A DNA stretch of 36,205 nucleotides. Source: Sphaeroforma arctica JP610 (Eukaryota). Both the position numbers and the translations under genes were made by a program. The stretch's first letter is position 1; each line of letters begins with the position of its first letter. The stretch covers positions 207,303 to 243,507 of the forward strand of contig NW_014040552.1 in assembly GCF_001186125.1 (NCBI RefSeq), written 5' to 3'. The notes under the pieces are model-generated. The model did not search any database and was not told where the DNA came from. It worked only from the letters and a program-made list of their open reading frames with translations. Shown in pieces: positions 33,676-36,205 of this stretch.

Positions 33676-36024
33676 TCACCAGCCGTCGTCGGAGTCGTCT
33701 TTGTCGTCCTCCTCATCCGAATCGTCACTGAATACGCGGCGACGATGTATCTGTGTGTGTAAGCAAGCAGTCAATCAACCACAGAGTATATTTTAAGAGG
33801 TACTCGAAATGAATAAAACTCTGCTTCATTTGACTTGTTACACCCGGTCCGGCTGTGGTTGAGCACTAAGCCAGTATTGGTAAACACAGGGAACGAGTTA
33901 CGAGTATTGTATTAGTGTCATAAGTGGGATATACACTCAGTATTCGGTCATCAAGCTCAAATCGGTAAGTACACGCAGGTAACAAGTAGAACCACAGCAC
34001 TCTCCACCCAAATTAATGAATTCAACACGCGCAAGCTACGATTGGCGCAATTCAAATTCCCAGTATCCTTTATGAAAATGTGTAAGCAAGTATCGTATGA
34101 AAACACGATGAGATACGGTTGGTACAATCCAAATTCCCCGTACTTTTTATGAAAATGTGTAAGCAAGTATCGGATGAAAACATGAGATATCTGCTGTAGG
34201 CGAGATATATGTGTCTTTAAAAAAGTGGCGCATAGTGAGACACAGAAAAACACGATACCTTGATCTGTTTCTTCTCAGACTGCTCGTTTATCTGATCAAT
34301 AAGGGACATGAGCATTTCCTCAGTTACTTTAGGCTTGATCTGTCCGCTTTGAAACATGTTCAGCAATGCATTCTCAATCATCTGACCTTTTTCCTGTTTG
34401 ACCGAAGCTATCCTACCGACTGTTGGATCATACGTTGTGTATTTAATTCCAAATATATTTTCTAAAAAATATGCTGAGAAACATGCTCGTACGGTATAGA
34501 TTCATCTACCGTGCATTTAACAATCACGGAACTAAAATCCGTACTTCCAAATCTATCAAAGTGATCATATAAAATTATAATTGGTTTTTATGTGTGCCGT
34601 GTTCTCCGATTGCGATGGGGAAAAAAGCATGTAGATGCATGATAAGGGTGGTTGAATTGTATAAGATTGCGAATTGATTGCCCAGATGTTCTACAGTAGT
34701 TAAACATAGCTTATGACAATCTATAATTTTCAGTCGTGTACATCGATAGGGTTACAGTACCGCGTTTGACCTAGCAGAACAGCTTGTTGCATATCAGATT
34801 CAAACCTAAATAACAAAACACCTGGTTCTCAAATCGCTTTCATTTATTCGACTGGGACCGACCATAAGTTTGTACTAAAAAAAACTATCAAACCTCATAC
34901 ACATGCAGCAAAACCCACTAAACACGCGATACTATGGCCATAGCACTCACGACATCAAACCAACAGTACTTACGTCTTGCCCTGGCATCTTGTGTGAGGA
35001 GATGGGATAACATCGTACTTTTCATCTCCTGTCTGCATTGAACAATAGAAGTCACATACATTCGAGGCTTGAGAATGCGGTTCATAGTCTTCAGGTGCAC
35101 GAGTGACTATCTGTACTTGCGTGTGTTATGATTAGATCGGCACCTGTAACAGCACCTTCGCTCCCAGTTACGAGAAGCTGAGCGGTCACATTCTACGACC
35201 CAGGTAGTAGCCGACCAAGGTTTATTAAAAATGTACAATAATGTATTTAGAAGTTTTCTGACAGGAAAAAAGGGCAAGGGCAGAACCATACAAAGCAGCA
35301 CGAGTTAGTTTTACACACTGCAACTTTTGCATTAATACGCTCTCTGATTCCCATAGGGTTGTGTATTTACTAGCGCTAGAAATGGAGCCTTACTTACAGA
35401 TCGCCGCATATACGCGGTAACTAGACATGGCCACACCAGATTGTGTGCTCAAGTCACTCGCACTGTATAAGCAAGCCATGAATACTCAGCAACGACACAC
35501 ACGAGTATCACGATCTAAACGCAACGTTGGTTGTCCATATCAGTAACTTAGCAGAAGCCATACGCACCATGAAGACCAAATTTGTGCCCCTATAGCCCAC
35601 TTCGGATTTATGTTGAACCTAGTCCGCATTAATACCTTGGTACGACATATACAAGACGATAGCTACGGAAGATCGGTTCGTGAATAAACCCTGCGACAGA
35701 ACGTACATACAAAACACCCAATCGATGTGAGAGGCAAATTAAAAGCAAATACACTCCGTGGATTCATCTAAGCACACGGAGTATACGTACATTTAAAAAG
35801 TAAACAAGAATAGCCGACGCATTTTAAAAGAAACACTGATACAAAACTACGCGGCCAGATGATACTGTACATACAGTTTATGATACATGGAGTAGACTCA
35901 GAACACTACGTACATACCTTTGCCTCATCTCTTCTCGTAACTGTTGCTGTCGTTCGGCATCGCCGCCACCACCGACGCCGGGGGGAGCGCTGGCGGAGAA
36001 ACCTTCCGGAAGTCCTTCTGAGCT
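33676..36024 (-). CDS. PDCD5: Programmed cell death protein 5 (PDCD5/Sdd2 family); start exon lies beyond the window
   Basis: Exons 36024-35918, 35032-34974, 34419-34259, 33750-33676 are phase consistent. Protein: ...AERQQQLREEMRQRQEMKSTMLSHLLTQDARARLGRIASVKQEKGQMIENALLNMFQSGQIKPKVTEEMLMSLIDQINEQSEKKQIKIHRRRVFSDDSDEEDDKDDSDDGW*. Confidence 0.93.
34048..34189. repeat. 77-bp-period tandem duplication in the last PDCD5 intron
   Basis: CAATT/CCAAATTCCC...TTTATGAAAATGTGTAAGCAAGTATCG..ATGAAAACA..TGAGATA occurs at 34048 and 34125. Confidence 0.88.
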
Positions 36025-36105
36025 CTATTATTTGGGAAGATTAAATTTTAGTGTACTAAGAATATGTATACATCGTAAAGTACTAAATTTATGCATGCAC
36101 AATCA

Positions 36106-36107
<2 letters not shown>

Positions 36108-36153
<46 letters not shown>

Positions 36154-36205
36154 ACTATAAAGAACAAAGACAATAAAAACCCACCACCCACCCACACACA
36201 CACAC
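36108..36205. repeat. (AC)n-(AT)n microsatellite
   Basis: Simple repeats at the window end, probably within PDCD5 intron 1. Confidence 0.85.

Noticed and set aside
33676..33750. WASP/WAVE VCA-domain gene suggested by the acidic Trp terminus
   Set aside because: The upstream exons splice into a clear PDCD5, and there is no WH2 or proline-rich region.

Overview
This is intron-rich eukaryotic genomic DNA with GT-AG introns, many (CA)n/(TA)n microsatellites and three assembly gaps. Gene content suggests a unicellular opisthokont, possibly an ichthyosporean such as Sphaeroforma (inference only). Splicing by hand gives eight genes: the first exon of an unknown gene running off the left edge (-); a 13-exon DENND4/Crag-type Rab GEF (+); a 3-exon FABP/calycin-like protein (+); a 6-exon GT61 glycosyltransferase (+); a 3-exon Rtc3/SBDS-N (FYSH) protein absent from the ORF track (-); a 12-exon patatin-type TAG lipase (-); an intronless GT14-like/DUF266 glycosyltransferase (-); and a 5'-truncated PDCD5 (-). 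Non-coding features include intronic minisatellites (one a fourfold-repeated 3' splice site), local duplications and two MITE-like inverted-repeat elements that share a motif. I found no prokaryotic systems, CRISPR arrays or RNA genes. All family assignments come from motif recognition by eye, not database searches.
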